From Squalus acanthias (taxonomy: Eukaryota): DNA of 64,000 nt. The stretch's first letter is position 1. Every line of letters begins with the position of its first letter. The position numbers were made by a program, and so were the translations under genes. The notes below the pieces were generated by a model. The model saw nothing but the letters and a program-made list of their open reading frames with translations. It did no database searches and was not told the DNA's origin. The DNA is taken from contig CM059432.1 of assembly GCA_030390025.1 (NCBI GenBank), positions 13,890,001 through 13,954,000 on the forward strand, in the 5' to 3' direction. Below, in pieces: positions 51,720-63,646 of the stretch.

Positions 51720-52412
51720 CCTTCTTCTTCTTAGGCAGTCCCTCAGAACCGAGGATGACTTGCTTCCACACTAAAAATGAGTTCTCAGGTGACTGATGAG
51801 TCCAATGCGGGACCTACAGTCTCTGTCACAGGTGGGGCAGACGGTGGTTGAAGGGGCGGCTGGGTGGGGTGCTTGGGTTGACGTGCGCTCCTTCCGCTGT
51901 TTGCGCTTGGCTTCCGCTTGCTCCAGGCAAAGAGACTCGAGGTGTTCGGCGCCTTCCCGGATGCTTCTCCTCTACTTTGTGCGGTCTTGGGCCAGGGATT
52001 CCCAGATGTCGGTGGGGATGTTGCACTTTTTGAAGGAGGCTTTGAGGGTGTCCTTGAAGCGTTTCCTCTGCTCATCTGGGGCTCTCTTGCCGTGTCGGAG
52101 CTCCGAGTAGAGCGCTTGTTTTGGGAGTCTCATATCGGGCATGCGGACGATGTGGCCTGTCCATCGGAGCTGATCGAGCGTGGTCAAAACTTCGATGCTG
52201 GGGATGTTGGCCTGAGCGAGAACACTGACGTTGGTGCGCCTATCCTGCCAATGGATTTGCAGGATCTTGCGGAGGCAGCGTTGGTGGTAGAACTGCAGTG
52301 CTTTGAGGTGCCTGCTGTACATGGTCCATGTCTCTGAAGCATAGAGGAGGGCAGGGTATCACTGCTGCTCTGTAGACCATGAGCTTGGTGCTGGGTTTGA
52401 GGTCCTGGTCTT
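51720..52412 (-). mobile_element. RTE-type LINE 3' fragment
   Basis: ORF 51972-52322: HQRCLRKILQIHWQDR...QLRWTGHIVRMPD.RLPKQALYSEL. (ctt)n tail at about 51720. Confidence 0.88.
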
Positions 52413-52982
52413 TTTTGATTAAAAGTTGGGGGTGGGGGGGGGGGGGGGGGGCGGAGTTGCTGCCCTGTGGCTGCATGTTTAGCTAAATCACAGAGATCAG
52501 GAAAAACCTAGGTCAGTCGGTCTGTGCTGAGCTAACTGATCTCAAACCGGGCAACGTTAGGCATTACAACTGGCTTCAGCGCCACTAGGTGAACGAAAGG
52601 GGAACTCGGCTTGGGTTCCTGCTCCTAATAGCTTTTCAATAACCTCTGCTGAAAATACACGGGTTTCAACGTCAGGTGAGGACAGGATTGAGCTTTACTG
52701 AGGTGCCCATTCGATCGAAACATCTGCCAGCAATCACTGTCACGGGCACACGCGTGAATAATGGGCACTTGGATGAGGTACTGGAGGGCAAAGAATGCCA
52801 GTGGAACCAAACTTCAGATTGGATCACCAGCTTCAGGAAAAGAGGAGAGGGGAGAAAATCACTGAGATAAAATGAAGAGAGTTGAAGTGAGAGCGTATTG
52901 AAACAAAACAAAAGCGGGATTGATGATATTAGTGTTGTAACTTTTTTTTTTAATCAGGATCATTTTTGACTTGTTGTTCCAG

Positions 52983-53074
52983 GGAAGGAAATGAGCCCCA
53001 TGACTGCTCCACCATCACCTACTCTCAGCTCTTAAAGGAAGTCTGCAAGTTTGCCAATGTCCTACGGAGTTTAG
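52983..53074 (+). CDS. ACSS2: ACSS2-type exon 3 (92 nt)
   Basis: Acceptor ttgttccag. Translates EGNEPHDCSTITYSQLLKEVCKFANVLRSL. Donor TAG|gtgaat. Confidence 0.95.
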
Positions 53075-53159
53075 GTGAATAATCCCTTTTTCCAGGCAGG
53101 AGTAGAGAGTTCTTATCTTATCCATGTAAGTAGAGAGCTCTGTTATTCCAGTGATTAGA

Positions 53160-53790
53160 GAGGCATTCGATATAAGACGCCACACAAGAGATTGTTACAC
53201 AAGATTAGGACTCATGGGCTTGGGGTTATTATATTAGCATGGACGGAGGATTGGTTAATGGGCAGAAAACAGAGAGCAGGAATAAACTGGTCATTTTCGG
53301 GTTGGCAGGTTGTAGCTAGTGGGCTACCACAAGGATCAGTGCTTGGGCCTCAGCTATTTACAATCTATATTAGTGACTTAGATGAAGGGACCGAGTGTAA
53401 CGTATCCAGGTTTGCTGACAATATAAAGCTAGGTGGGAAAGTAAGCTGTGAGGAGGACACAAAGAGGCTGCCAAGGGATATAGAAAAGTTAAGTGAGTGG
53501 GCAAGAAGGTGGCAGATGGAGTATAATGTGGGGAAATGTGAAATTATCCACTTTGGTAGGAAGAACAGAAAAGCAGAATATTTTTTAAAAGGTGAGAGAC
53601 TAGCAAATGTTGGTGTTCAGAGGGACCTGGGTGTCCTTGTACACGAATCACAGAAAGTTAACATGCAGGTACAGCAACCAATTAGGAAGGCAAATGGTCT
53701 GTTGGCCTTTATTGCAAGGCGGTTGAATTGTACAGGGCCTTGGTGAGACCACACCTGGAGTACTGTGCACAGTTTTGGTCTCCTTACCTG
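53160..53790 (+). mobile_element. CR1 RT fragment, followed by L2-type fragments (about 53790-54815)
   Basis: ORF 53192-53746 with [11 protein letters not shown] and FAD motifs. L2-type tail tataaatgcaagttgttgttgtt near 54200. Confidence 0.8.
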
Positions 53791-55184
53791 CCTTCGAGGT
53801 TCCAATCCTGCCCTCCAACCTATCTGGTTCTGACAGGCTCCAGTCGAAAATCTCAAATAATCTGATTGGTTGATTGGGCCTCGCCAGAAACTCCGTACCC
53901 TCACCATCGATTCCATCTCCCTCCCTTGCTATTGTCTCATCCCCGATTTTCATTGCACCTCCATTGGCGGTCATGCCTTCAATTGCCGAGGCCCTAAGCT
54001 CTGAAATTCCCTCCCTAAACCTCTCCGCCTCTCCACTTCTCTCTCCTCCTTTATTACGCTCCTTGAAACTAATCTCTTTGACCAAACTTTTGGTCACTTG
54101 TCCTAATATCTCCCAAGTTACTCAATGTCAAATATTGTTTGATAACGCTCCTGTGAAGCGCCTTGGGTTGTTTTACCAGTTAAAGGTGCTATATAAATGC
54201 AAGTTGTTGTTGTTGAATCAGACTGCTTGCAATCTCTACAACCGATTCGACCCAAGTTGGGCTTCTAACTCCATACACTCATCATCAGATAAACAGTCTT
54301 CTTACACCTCTGTATCATTGCCGCCCCTGCCCCTGCCCCTGCCCCATCCCATCCGCTGCTGACACCCTCATCCATGTCTTTATGACCTCAAGACTCGGCT
54401 ATTGCAATACTTGTCTGGCCGGCCTCCCATCCTCCATACTCTGTAAGCTTCAGCAATTGACTTCCAGTCCCCCAACACTTCAAATTTAAAATCTCATCTT
54501 CATGCTTAAATCCCTTTGTGGCCTCGCCCCCTCCCTATCTCTGTAATCTCCCCCAGCCCTATCCTGAACTCTCCGTTACTCTGAACCTTTGTGCTTTCTC
54601 CCTTCCCTTGCCCCACCATTGATGTAAACTCTAAAATTCCATCCCTATCCCCCTGCCTCTCCATCTCCTCCTATAAGGCCCTCCTTAAAACCCACCTCTT
54701 TGACCAAACTTGCGGTCACCCCTCCTTGTATCTCCTTTGCCTCAGTGTTCATATTTGTCTCATTTTGCCTCTGCAAAGCGCCTTGGGACGTTTTTCTACA
54801 TTATTGTTGCTGTTGATATTGACAACCTTCTAGTGCCAGTGGAAGAAAAGCAGTTTTTAATCTTGTGAAATATTGACAAGTAGACACATGGGTCAAAAAA
54901 AAAAGTTGTCAGCTTAAAATGCTGATGGTTGGCATGTATGTTGGAGAGAAAACAAATTGGAAATTCCTGGAGGAAAGGCTATAAATGGAACACAGAGACT
55001 GAAGGTGATGCTGTTGGAGATAGACAGAATTTTCCACTGGTTGGGACAATCATTCAGGAGACTGGCTGATGGACTGAACCCTTGTCAAGTTCCTTAGTAC
55101 CATCAATTTAAATCCAAACACTTGACATCAGAAATCTTCCAATCATTCATAAATAAACTGCAGAACATCTTATTCTCTTTATAG

Positions 55185-55288
55185 GGGTGCAGAAAGGAGA
55201 CAGGGTCGCCATATACTTACCAGTGATCCCAGAGCTGATGTATGCAATGCTGGCATGTGCAAGAATAGGAGCAGTACACTCAATAGTG
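55185..55288 (+). CDS. ACSS2: ACSS2-type exon 4 (104 nt)
   Basis: Acceptor ttctctttatag. Translates [35 protein letters not shown]. Donor GTG|gtatgt. Confidence 0.96.
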
Positions 55289-55801
55289 GTATGTATGCCC
55301 TTGGAATATCCGACTGCTCGATGAGCGCTGTGTTTATAAATAAATAAACCCAGGTGAGGGGCCAAAAACCATTGTAAAATACAACGCCAAGTTTGAAAAG
55401 GTAGAAGAAAAGCCAAGATGCACATGAAACATGGAGGGCAGGATGATGTGGTGCTTCGCTGCCCTCGGGGGGTGGGGGGGGGGGTGGGGGGGGGGGGGGT
55501 GTGGGGGGGGGGGGGGTGTGGGGGGTGGGGAGTGCAAGCCGGTGTGACTGGTGAGACATGAAGCTGAGGCCTCATCCAGCCACTCAGGTGGACGTAAAAG
55601 AGCCAATGGCCAAATCTGAAGAAGAGCATGGGAGTTCTCCTGATGTCCTGGTCAACATTTATTTTTCACCCAACACCACTAAAAACAGATTATCTGGTCA
55701 TTTAACTCTTTTTTTTATGGGGACCTTGCTATGTGCAAATTGGCTGCTGTGGTTGACCACATTCAAATGTGTATTTCATTGGCTGCGAAACATTTTGTGA
55801 C

Positions 55802-56430
55802 CAGGGGCGGCATTAGGACCTTGCAACCACTGCAATTTCACGGGGTCCTGAGCTAGTCAGGGGTCCTGAGCCAGTCAGGGGTCACAAGCCAGTCAGGGGT
55901 CATGAGCCAGTCAGGGGTCACGAGCCAGTCAGGGGTCACGGCCAGTCAGGGGTCACGAGCCAGTCAGGGGTCACGAGTCAATCAGGGGTCACGAGCCAAT
56001 CAGGGGTCACGAGCCAGTCAGGGATCACGAGCCAGTCGGGGTCACGAGCCAGTCAGGGGTCACGAGCCAGTCAGGGGTCACGAGCCAGTCAGGGGTCATG
56101 GCCAGTCAGGGGTCATGAGCCAGTCAGGGGTCATGAGCCAGTCAGGGGTCGTGAGCCAGTCAGGGGTCATGAGTCAATCAGGGATCACGAACCAGTCAGG
56201 GGTCGCGAGCGGATCCAGTGAAAGGATCCCATGCATCGGTAATAGCTGATCCTTGATCATTTTGTCAACTATTTTTATATTACTTATTGCAAACATGCCT
56301 TTTGATGATTGTACATCTGTGGATTTGACACCAATTTAAGTAGGTAGTATTTAGTATCATTGTCGAGTAAAATGTAGAGGTCCAAAACCAAGTTTTTGCA
56401 GGGGGCCCCGGCAGGCAAACACCGCTCCTG
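55802..56430. mobile_element. Non-autonomous hAT element inserted in a Deu-SINE tail
   Basis: Ends CAGGGGCGG / CCGCTCCTG. Perfect 8-bp TSD tttgtgac at 55794-55801 and 56431-56438. Confidence 0.85.
55849..56210. repeat. 18-bp minisatellite, about 20 copies
   Basis: (gagccagtcaggggtcaY)n with a few 17-bp variants. Confidence 0.95.
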
Positions 56431-56943
56431 TTTGTGACATCCTGAGGTCATGAAGGGCGCCATGAGTTTTTCTTATTAATCACCTTTTGTGTGAAGAACT
56501 ATTTTCTGACATCAATTCGGGATTTGGTGCTGTGTAGTGCATATAATACACAATCGCATTAGTCAAGTCTTGTAGCTTTCAGCTCATGAAGTGCACGGTT
56601 AGCGGCTTAACAAGTGACTTAGCGTTACTGCTGGGGTGTTCTGATTGGCTCTTCAGTTGTGCGTTAAGTGGAATGCCTCTGATCTTGTAGCAACTCCACA
56701 AAAAGTTATGCATTGAGGGGACAATTAAATTGACTCTCATTTAACACATTCCCTGTGTAATAAGACCAATTTCAGGCCCTAGCCCAAGTTCCTTCAAGGT
56801 TTGATGGGAACTAGGACCTGGGCTGAACCACACTATTTATTCCCATTGGCCACCACGGGCGATACACTCACCAAAATGTTTTGGCTGCTGTGCCGATTAA
56901 ACAGCAGACGTCATTACAGCTGTTTTATGTGTTTATTATTTAG

Positions 56944-57016
56944 TTTGCAGGTTTCTCAGCTGAATCTCTGTGTGAGAGAATATTAGACTCCCAATGTATA
57001 TTGCTGGTGACTGCAG
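56944..57016 (+). CDS. ACSS2: ACSS2-type exon 5 (73 nt)
   Basis: Acceptor ttattatttag. Translates FAGFSAESLCERILDSQCILLVTA. Donor CAG|gtaagg. Confidence 0.96.
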
Positions 57017-57185
57017 GTAAGGACCCTGTTGTTCCTCTACAGTAATTCACTTGTGAATGGCTGTGCTCTCTGTAATCTTCTGACTCTTATTCTAGTGAGT
57101 ACCTGTGGCTGTAATGCCAGAAAGCTTTGCGAATCTGTGTTGGAAAAGTCATGATGCTTCACACTCCTGTTTTTCTGCCACTCAG

Positions 57186-57261
57186 ATGGTTTTTACAGAG
57201 GCGAAAAGCTTGTAAACCTAAAGCAGATCGCAGATGACGCTTTGAAGAAGTGCAAAGACAA
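57186..57261 (+). CDS. ACSS2: ACSS2-type exon 6 (76 nt)
   Basis: Acceptor ttttctgccactcag. Translates DGFYRGEKLVNLKQIADDALKKCKDK. Donor CAA|gtgaga. Confidence 0.95.
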
Positions 57262-57964
57262 GTGAGATTTTTTGCTATTAGCACCTTTTTGTGCCAGAGT
57301 GTGTCAAGTGACCTTGTGAGGGAGAGAGAGCTCTGGAAAACCCACTGCTCAGTCCATGCTGAAGCGCGGCTGATATAGAGAGGAAATTGCCGAGGAGGTT
57401 ATTTAATACTGCATTCATTTCATGCGTGCAGGAGACCCCAGAACGTGAGCCATGGAGATAAACAGGTCTCCCCAAATGGAATAAAGATTGTGTTCAATAA
57501 TTTCTTGCTGCAGTATTCCGTTTTGTATGTTTCACATGTTGTCAACCAAAGTTGTATTAAATGCTCACATAAAATCCTAATCCTTTATTCTATAAATTAC
57601 ATGGTTTCCTTTGAGCTAAAGCTACTCCCCAAAACTTTCACTCCACTTTATTTATTTTTTATTCAAACAATGTGAAATACTTAATTCTGGTTATTGGTAG
57701 TGTAACTTTTATGGCACAGAAGAGCATTGTGGTAGATGAAGATACTGCGTGAGAAACAGTAAGCATAGATTTCATTGTACAGTTGAAATACACAGGCTGC
57801 CCTTATGACTGGAATTAAATTTGTATCATGCCAAATCCCTTACATTTCTCTGCATCATGCTGGCACTTGCACAATACTCTCACTCTTGTTACTATGTATT
57901 ACTCCGTGTCATGTCGACCGTTGCACCTTACTCTCTGACTCTAGTTACTATGCATTACTCTGAG

Positions 57965-58330
57965 GAACATAGGAATATAGGAGCAGGGGTAGGCCATTTA
58001 GCCCCTCGAGCCTGCTCCGCCATTCAATGAGATTATGGTTGATCTGCGACCCAACTCCATATACCCACCTTTGGCCCATATCCCTTAATACCTTTGGTTA
58101 GCAAAAATCTACCAATCTCAGATTTAAAATTAACAATTGATCTAGCATCAATTGCCGTTTGCGGAAGAGAGTTCAAACTTCCACCACCCTTTGTGTGTAG
58201 AAGTGTTTCCTAATTTCACTCCTGAAAGGTCTCGCTCTAATTTTTAGACTATGCCCCCTAGTCTGAGAATCCCCAACCAGCAGAAATAGTTTCTCTCTAT
58301 CTACCCCATCTGTTCCCCTTAATATCTTAC
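57965..58330 (-). mobile_element. CR1 3' fragment
   Basis: gaacataggaatataggagcaggggtaggcc is the reverse-complement tail. Confidence 0.8.
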
Positions 58331-58689
58331 ACATTACTCTCTCACTGCAATGCCTGCATGCCCCTGCACATTACCCTCTGTCAATTTAGTCACCACATAT
58401 TACTTTGTTATGTCTCCTCCTGCCCATTACTTTCTCTCACACGAGTTCCTGTACATTGCTGTGAGTTACGCCGGCTCTTTTGTCCTGATCAGTTTAGGCA
58501 ACAGGACAATTTTGTTTCATGGTTTCCAATTTAAATGAACAATGCTCGCAGAATCCTTGGCAGCTTACTCAGTTGTTCTGTGGGAGGAGTCTGACAGACT
58601 TGGAAAGGATCAGAGGGGGAGAGAAATCAGGAGGAAACAAAATCTACAAGTCTATGGGAAGCGACAGGGGAAGGAATACAGCATAGCTA

Positions 58690-61297
58690 ACAAAAGAAAT
58701 TAAAGCTAGTATTAAGTCAAAGGAGGAAGCTTATAAAGTTGCCAGAAAAAGCGGTCAGCCTGAGGATTGGGATCTTTTTAGAAATCAGCAAAGGGGGACC
58801 AAGAAATTGATAAAGAAAGGGAAAATGGAATATGAGCAAAAACTAGCGAAAAATATAAAAACGGATTGTAAAAGCTTCTATAGGTATGTGAAAAGGAAAA
58901 GACTGGCGAAGGTAAATGTAGGTCCTTTACAGTCAGAGACGGGAGAATTTATAATGGGGAATGAGGAAATGGCAGAGAAATTAAATAAATACTTTGTTTA
59001 TGTCTTCACAGAGGAAGACACAAAAAACCTCCCAGAAATACGAGAAAACCAAGGGTGTGACGAGAATGAGGAACTTAAAGAAATTATTATTAGTAAAAAA
59101 ACAGTACTAGCAAAATTAATGGGACTAAAAGTTGACAAATCCCAAGGACCGGATGACCTACATCCTAGGGTTTTGAAAGAGGTAGCCATTGGGATAGTGG
59201 ACGCATTGGTGGTCATCTTCCAAAATTCTATTGATTCTGGAACGGTTCCTGCAGATTGGAGGATAGCAAATGTAACCCCGCTATTTAAGATAGGAGGGAG
59301 AGAGAAAACGGGGAACTACAGACCTGTTAGCCTCACATCAGTAGTTGGGAAAATGCTGGAATCTATTATAAAGGATGCAATAACTGGGCACTTAGAAACT
59401 AATAGTAAGATTGGGCAGAGTCAACATGGATTTATGAAAGGGAAATCCTGTTTGACAAACCTATTGGAGTTCTTTGAGGATGTAACTAGTGGAGTAGACA
59501 AAGGGGAACTGGTAGATGTGGTGTATCTGGATTTTCAGAAGGCCTTCGATAAGGTCCCACACAAGAGGTTGGTGAACAAAATTAGGGCACATGGAATTGG
59601 GGGTAATATACTAGCATAGATTGAGAATTGGTTAACAGACAGAAAACAAAGAGTAGGGATAAACGGGTCTGAAGTGGGACATCGGCGTCCTTCAGGAATT
59701 AAGGGGTTAACAATGCAGCTTGCACACTAGAAACGGTTGAGACAGAGACCGGCGGAGATAGTTCAGACTTGCTGACCACAAGGTCTTGATGCTTTTCAAG
59801 ATTAGATGAAATTAGCTCAGAAGCACCATCTATGATTAATCACAAACTATGAACCTAGAGATAAGTAAAACCACACAGGGCACAGCGAGACAGAAATGCA
59901 GACATGTGGTTTTACTAAAGGTTACAAAATTACAACAGGTCATGTCATAAAGATCATGTGACAATAAATATAGGTGAACGGTTGTGTGACGCGAGATAGG
60001 GAATTAGCCAATCAGCAACTGTGCACGCGGGCCTTAGGCCAATTAAAACAGTGTAACGGGATTGTGCATGAGGTTGAGTTTGTATGATTAAGTGTATAAA
60101 AGATTGCTTAAAATTTGTAACAGTGGAGAAGTCTCCTGGTGCGCCAGTAGAGATTGTCTCCCCACCGGTATAATAAAGACCATTTGAATAACGATCTAAA
60201 ACCTTGTGTCGAGTGTTGATTTAAAATACTCCACAACAGGGTTTTTTTCAGATGGCAGGCTGTGACTAGTGGGGTACCGCAAGGATCGGTGCTTGGGCCC
60301 CAGCTATTCACAATCTATTTCAATGATTTGGATGAGGGGGACTAAATGTAACATTTCCAAATTTGCTGATGAGACAAAGCTAGGTGGCAGCGTCAGTTGC
60401 GAAGAGGATGTGAAGAGGCTTCAAGGGGATCTCGACAGGCTCAGTGAGTGGGCGAGAACCTGGCAGATGGAATATAATGTGGATAAATGTGAAGTTATCC
60501 ACTTTGGTAGAAAAAACAAAGGCACAGTATTTCTTAAATGGTGAAAGATTGGGGAATGCAGATGCTCAAAGGGACCTGGGTGTCCTTGTACATGAGTCAC
60601 TGAAAGTGAATGTGCAGGTGCAGCAAGCTATTAGGAAGGCAAATGGTATGCTGGCCTTCATTACAAGAGGATTTGAGTACAGGAGTAAAGAAGTCTTACT
60701 CCAATTATATAGGGCCTTGGTGAGACCACACCTGGAGTACTGTGTACAATTTTGGTCTCCTTACCTAAGGAAGGATATACTTGCCATAGAGGGAGTGCAA
60801 CGAAGGTTCACGAGATTGATTCCTGGGATGGCGGGACTGTTGTATGAGAAGAGATTGAGTAAACTAGGCCTGTATTCTCTTGAATTCAGAAGAATGAGAG
60901 GAGATCTCATTGAAGCATACAAAATAATTACAGGGCTTGATAGGATGGATGCTGGGAGAATGTTTCCCTGAGCTGGGGAGTCTAGAACCAGGGGCCACAG
61001 CCTCAGGATAAAGGGTAGGCCATTCAGGACTGAGATGAGAAGAAATTTCTTCACACAGAGGGTAGTGGATCTTTGGAATTCTCTACCCCAGAGGGCTGTG
61101 GAGGCTCAGTCATTGGGTATATTTAAAACAGAAGTTGATAGATTTCTGACTAGTAAGGGCATCAAGAGATATGGCGATAGGGCCGGTGAATAGAGTTGAG
61201 GCAGAAGATCAGCCATGATCTCATTGAATGGCGGAGCAGGCTCGAAGGGCCGAATGGCCGACTCCTGCTCCTATTTCTTATGTTCTTATGTTCTTAG
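58690..61297 (+). mobile_element. 5'-truncated CR1 interrupted by a solo LTR
   Basis: ORFs 58807-59619, 60269-60544 and 60444-60971, ending in a (ttcttatg)n tail. Confidence 0.92.
59670..60238 (+). mobile_element. Solo LTR (569 bp)
   Basis: TG...CA ends. 5-bp flanks gggtc / gggtt. CCAAT near 60009 and 60039, TATAAAA near 60095, AATAAA near 60172. Confidence 0.85.
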
Positions 61298-61559
61298 GAC
61301 CGCAGCAGCAACATTGAAACCATGGCCAGTCGAGAGAGTGGCAATGGTGGAACTGTGCTAAAAGCTGGGGAGTGCCACAAATATCGAAATAACTATTAAA
61401 TAAAAAGGAATGGTTAAAAAATATGTTAAAATCCCCCCAAAATGTGATATTGAGGGACATTATTTTGTGACATGAAAAGGCAGTCCTGCTATTTGTAGAA
61501 TATATTACTTTTTTTTTAAATGGAACATTCTTCATAATTTGATTTATAATTTCTGTTAG

Positions 61560-61653
61560 AGAGGATTTTGTTGTGAAAAAGTGCATTGTGGTGCAACGTC
61601 TTGGTGACAAGGTGAAGAACAACCATGGACAAACCTGCTGTAACATACTGCAG
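61560..61653 (+). CDS. ACSS2: ACSS2-type exon 7 (94 nt)
   Basis: Acceptor tttctgttag. Translates EDFVVKKCIVVQRLGDKVKNNHGQTCCNILQ (CIVV..LG motif). Donor CAG|gtaaat. Phases match exons 6 and 8. Confidence 0.88.
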
Positions 61654-61879
61654 GTAAATGCTGATTCAATTTAAAAAAATAACTAAGTGATGACTAATGG
61701 TTGAAACGTAACATAAAAACATAGGAAATCTTGGATCGGGAAAAGGCCATTTGGCCCATCAAGCCTGCCCCTCCCACAGTCCATGCATGACTACCTCAGC
61801 TCATAAACATCCACTCCCTCCCACCTCCCAGATCTCAACACTATTCTTAACTCCTATGGAACAGTGAGCATTTTTGTAG

Positions 61880-62315
61880 TAAAAACAGAAAATGCTGGAA
61901 ATACTCAGCAGGTCAGGCAGCATCTGTGGAGAGAGAAACAAAGTTAACGTTTCAGGTCGATGACCTTTTGTCAGAACTGGAAAAAGTTGGAGATGGAACA
62001 GGTTTTTAAGCAAGTGCAGGGACAGGGAAAGGGAGGAGGGGAGGGAAGAACAAAAGGGAAGGTCTGTGATAGGATGGAAGACAGGAGAGATTAAGGGACA
62101 AAAGGGATGATGGTGCGAGGCAAAAGGAGATGGTAATGGGACAAGTTAAGAAACAAAAGATGGCTCTAGATGAAGTGTAAATGGCACTGGCAGAATGAAA
62201 GTTCTGACAAAAGGTCATCGTCCTGAAATATTAACTTTGTTTCTCTCTCCACAGATGCTGCCTGACCTGCTGAGTATTTCCAGTTTTTCAGCATCCGCAG
62301 TATTTTGCTTTTGTA
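61880..62315. mobile_element. Second Penelope-like fold-back element with degenerate hammerhead cores
   Basis: Inverted arms at about 61895-61978 and 62200-62283 around a purine-rich spacer. 15-bp duplication tgagYatttttgtag at 61865-61879 and 62316-62330. Confidence 0.75.
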
Positions 62316-62941
62316 TGAGTATTTTTGTAGACCTTAGTTTAGATCCCAGGGCAACAGAGTAAACGATTATATTTCTTTAGCCCACTTAGACTCAGAATTA
62401 TTTTTTTCTATTCACTTTTCTCCACCTCTCTGGAAGTTGTTGACTCTGTTCCTGGGTTATGATTCAGAGGAGATAGTTGCAGTCCGGCACCTCGCTATAG
62501 TGGCTGTCATTCACGCGTGTGCCTTGGTTGGTTAAACCAACTGTGCAGGGGCATTATAACCAGGCCTGATTCCTGTCCTCAGCAATACATACTTAGGAGC
62601 AAGTTTCACTGTATCGTGAGGAGCAGCAGTACAGACCAAATTTCCCATCTCTAATCCAATTGTAGCACCCTTACTTAACCTGGCACAGACCAGCGAACGA
62701 GCTTAAGACCTTCCTGCTAATTCCTTTTCGTAGGTGCATCATTTTTACTGAGGAGAGAACACAGGCATTCTGCTTGTTTGTTCACAAACTTATCATAGGA
62801 TCAACCAGCACTCAAGGAGCCCCCGACAGAGTGCGAGTTTGGCCTGTGATTTCCCCACATGGCAAGTTATCACTCTTAGCTGTGTTGTCACACCGAGGTG
62901 CCATGTGTTCTCAGCACTAGAGAGGGAATATTGGAGAGCTA

Positions 62942-63312
62942 TTTTTTTTTTCGTTCATGGGATGTGGATATCACTGGCAAGGCCAGCATTTATTGCCCAT
63001 TCCTAGTTGCGCTTGAGAAGCTGGTGGTGAGCCACCTTCTTGGACCACTGCAGTCAAGGAACCCCCACAGTAGCAGTTTGGTACAACTAATAGTTAAGAG
63101 TCTGGAGGCAGATTTCCTTCCCTAAAGGACATTAGTGAACCAGATAGGTTTTTAATGGTCATCATTACTGATACTAGCTTTTTATTGCAGATTTTTTATT
63201 TAATTAGCTGAATTTAAATTCCCCAGCTGCCGTGGTGGGATTTGAACTCATGATCATTAGTCCAGGCCTCTGGATTACTAGGCCAATAACATAGCCACTA
63301 TGCTACCATACC
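62942..63312 (-). mobile_element. Short element joining the tRNA-like head/body directly to the LINE family-2 tail (SINE or internally deleted LINE)
   Basis: The reverse complement reads ggtagcatagtggctatg...gagttcaaatcccacc...ctggttcactaatgtcctttaggg...ccagcttctcaagcgcaactaggaatgggcaataaatgctggcc. Confidence 0.8.
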
Positions 63313-63646
63313 TAATGTCTTGAATGACATTCCATTGCCTCCTAGTTTTGAAGCAGCAGTAGCAAAGGCTAAGAGCAATTCAGTGTCTGCCTGTATTACT
63401 GAAATTACTGGAAGGAAAGTCCTGCGGATCTATAAAGGGCGTGTGATCCTCCCTGTCAGATTTTCCTTCTGTGCTTTGCCCAGGCGATGCTTAATGCCCA
63501 GGGGGTAAGGATGAAATTCTACTCTATTGTAGGAATGGGCTTGATAGATAAAATGGCATTTTCTCATTCTGTGCTTTATTATGTGGCGGCTAAATGCTAT
63601 GTTCTGAAAGACGTTATTGTTCCAATTCTTTGTGGTTTTCTCATAG

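Noticed and set aside
55849..56249. CRISPR-like array or repetitive protein ORF (55902-56249)
   Set aside because: Head-to-tail units with no unique spacers in eukaryotic DNA; the ORF is a by-product of the minisatellite.
57290..57475. Possible intronic snoRNA (hairpin ggagacc...ggtctcc)
   Set aside because: No convincing H/ACA or C/D boxes at the proper positions; would need an Rfam search.
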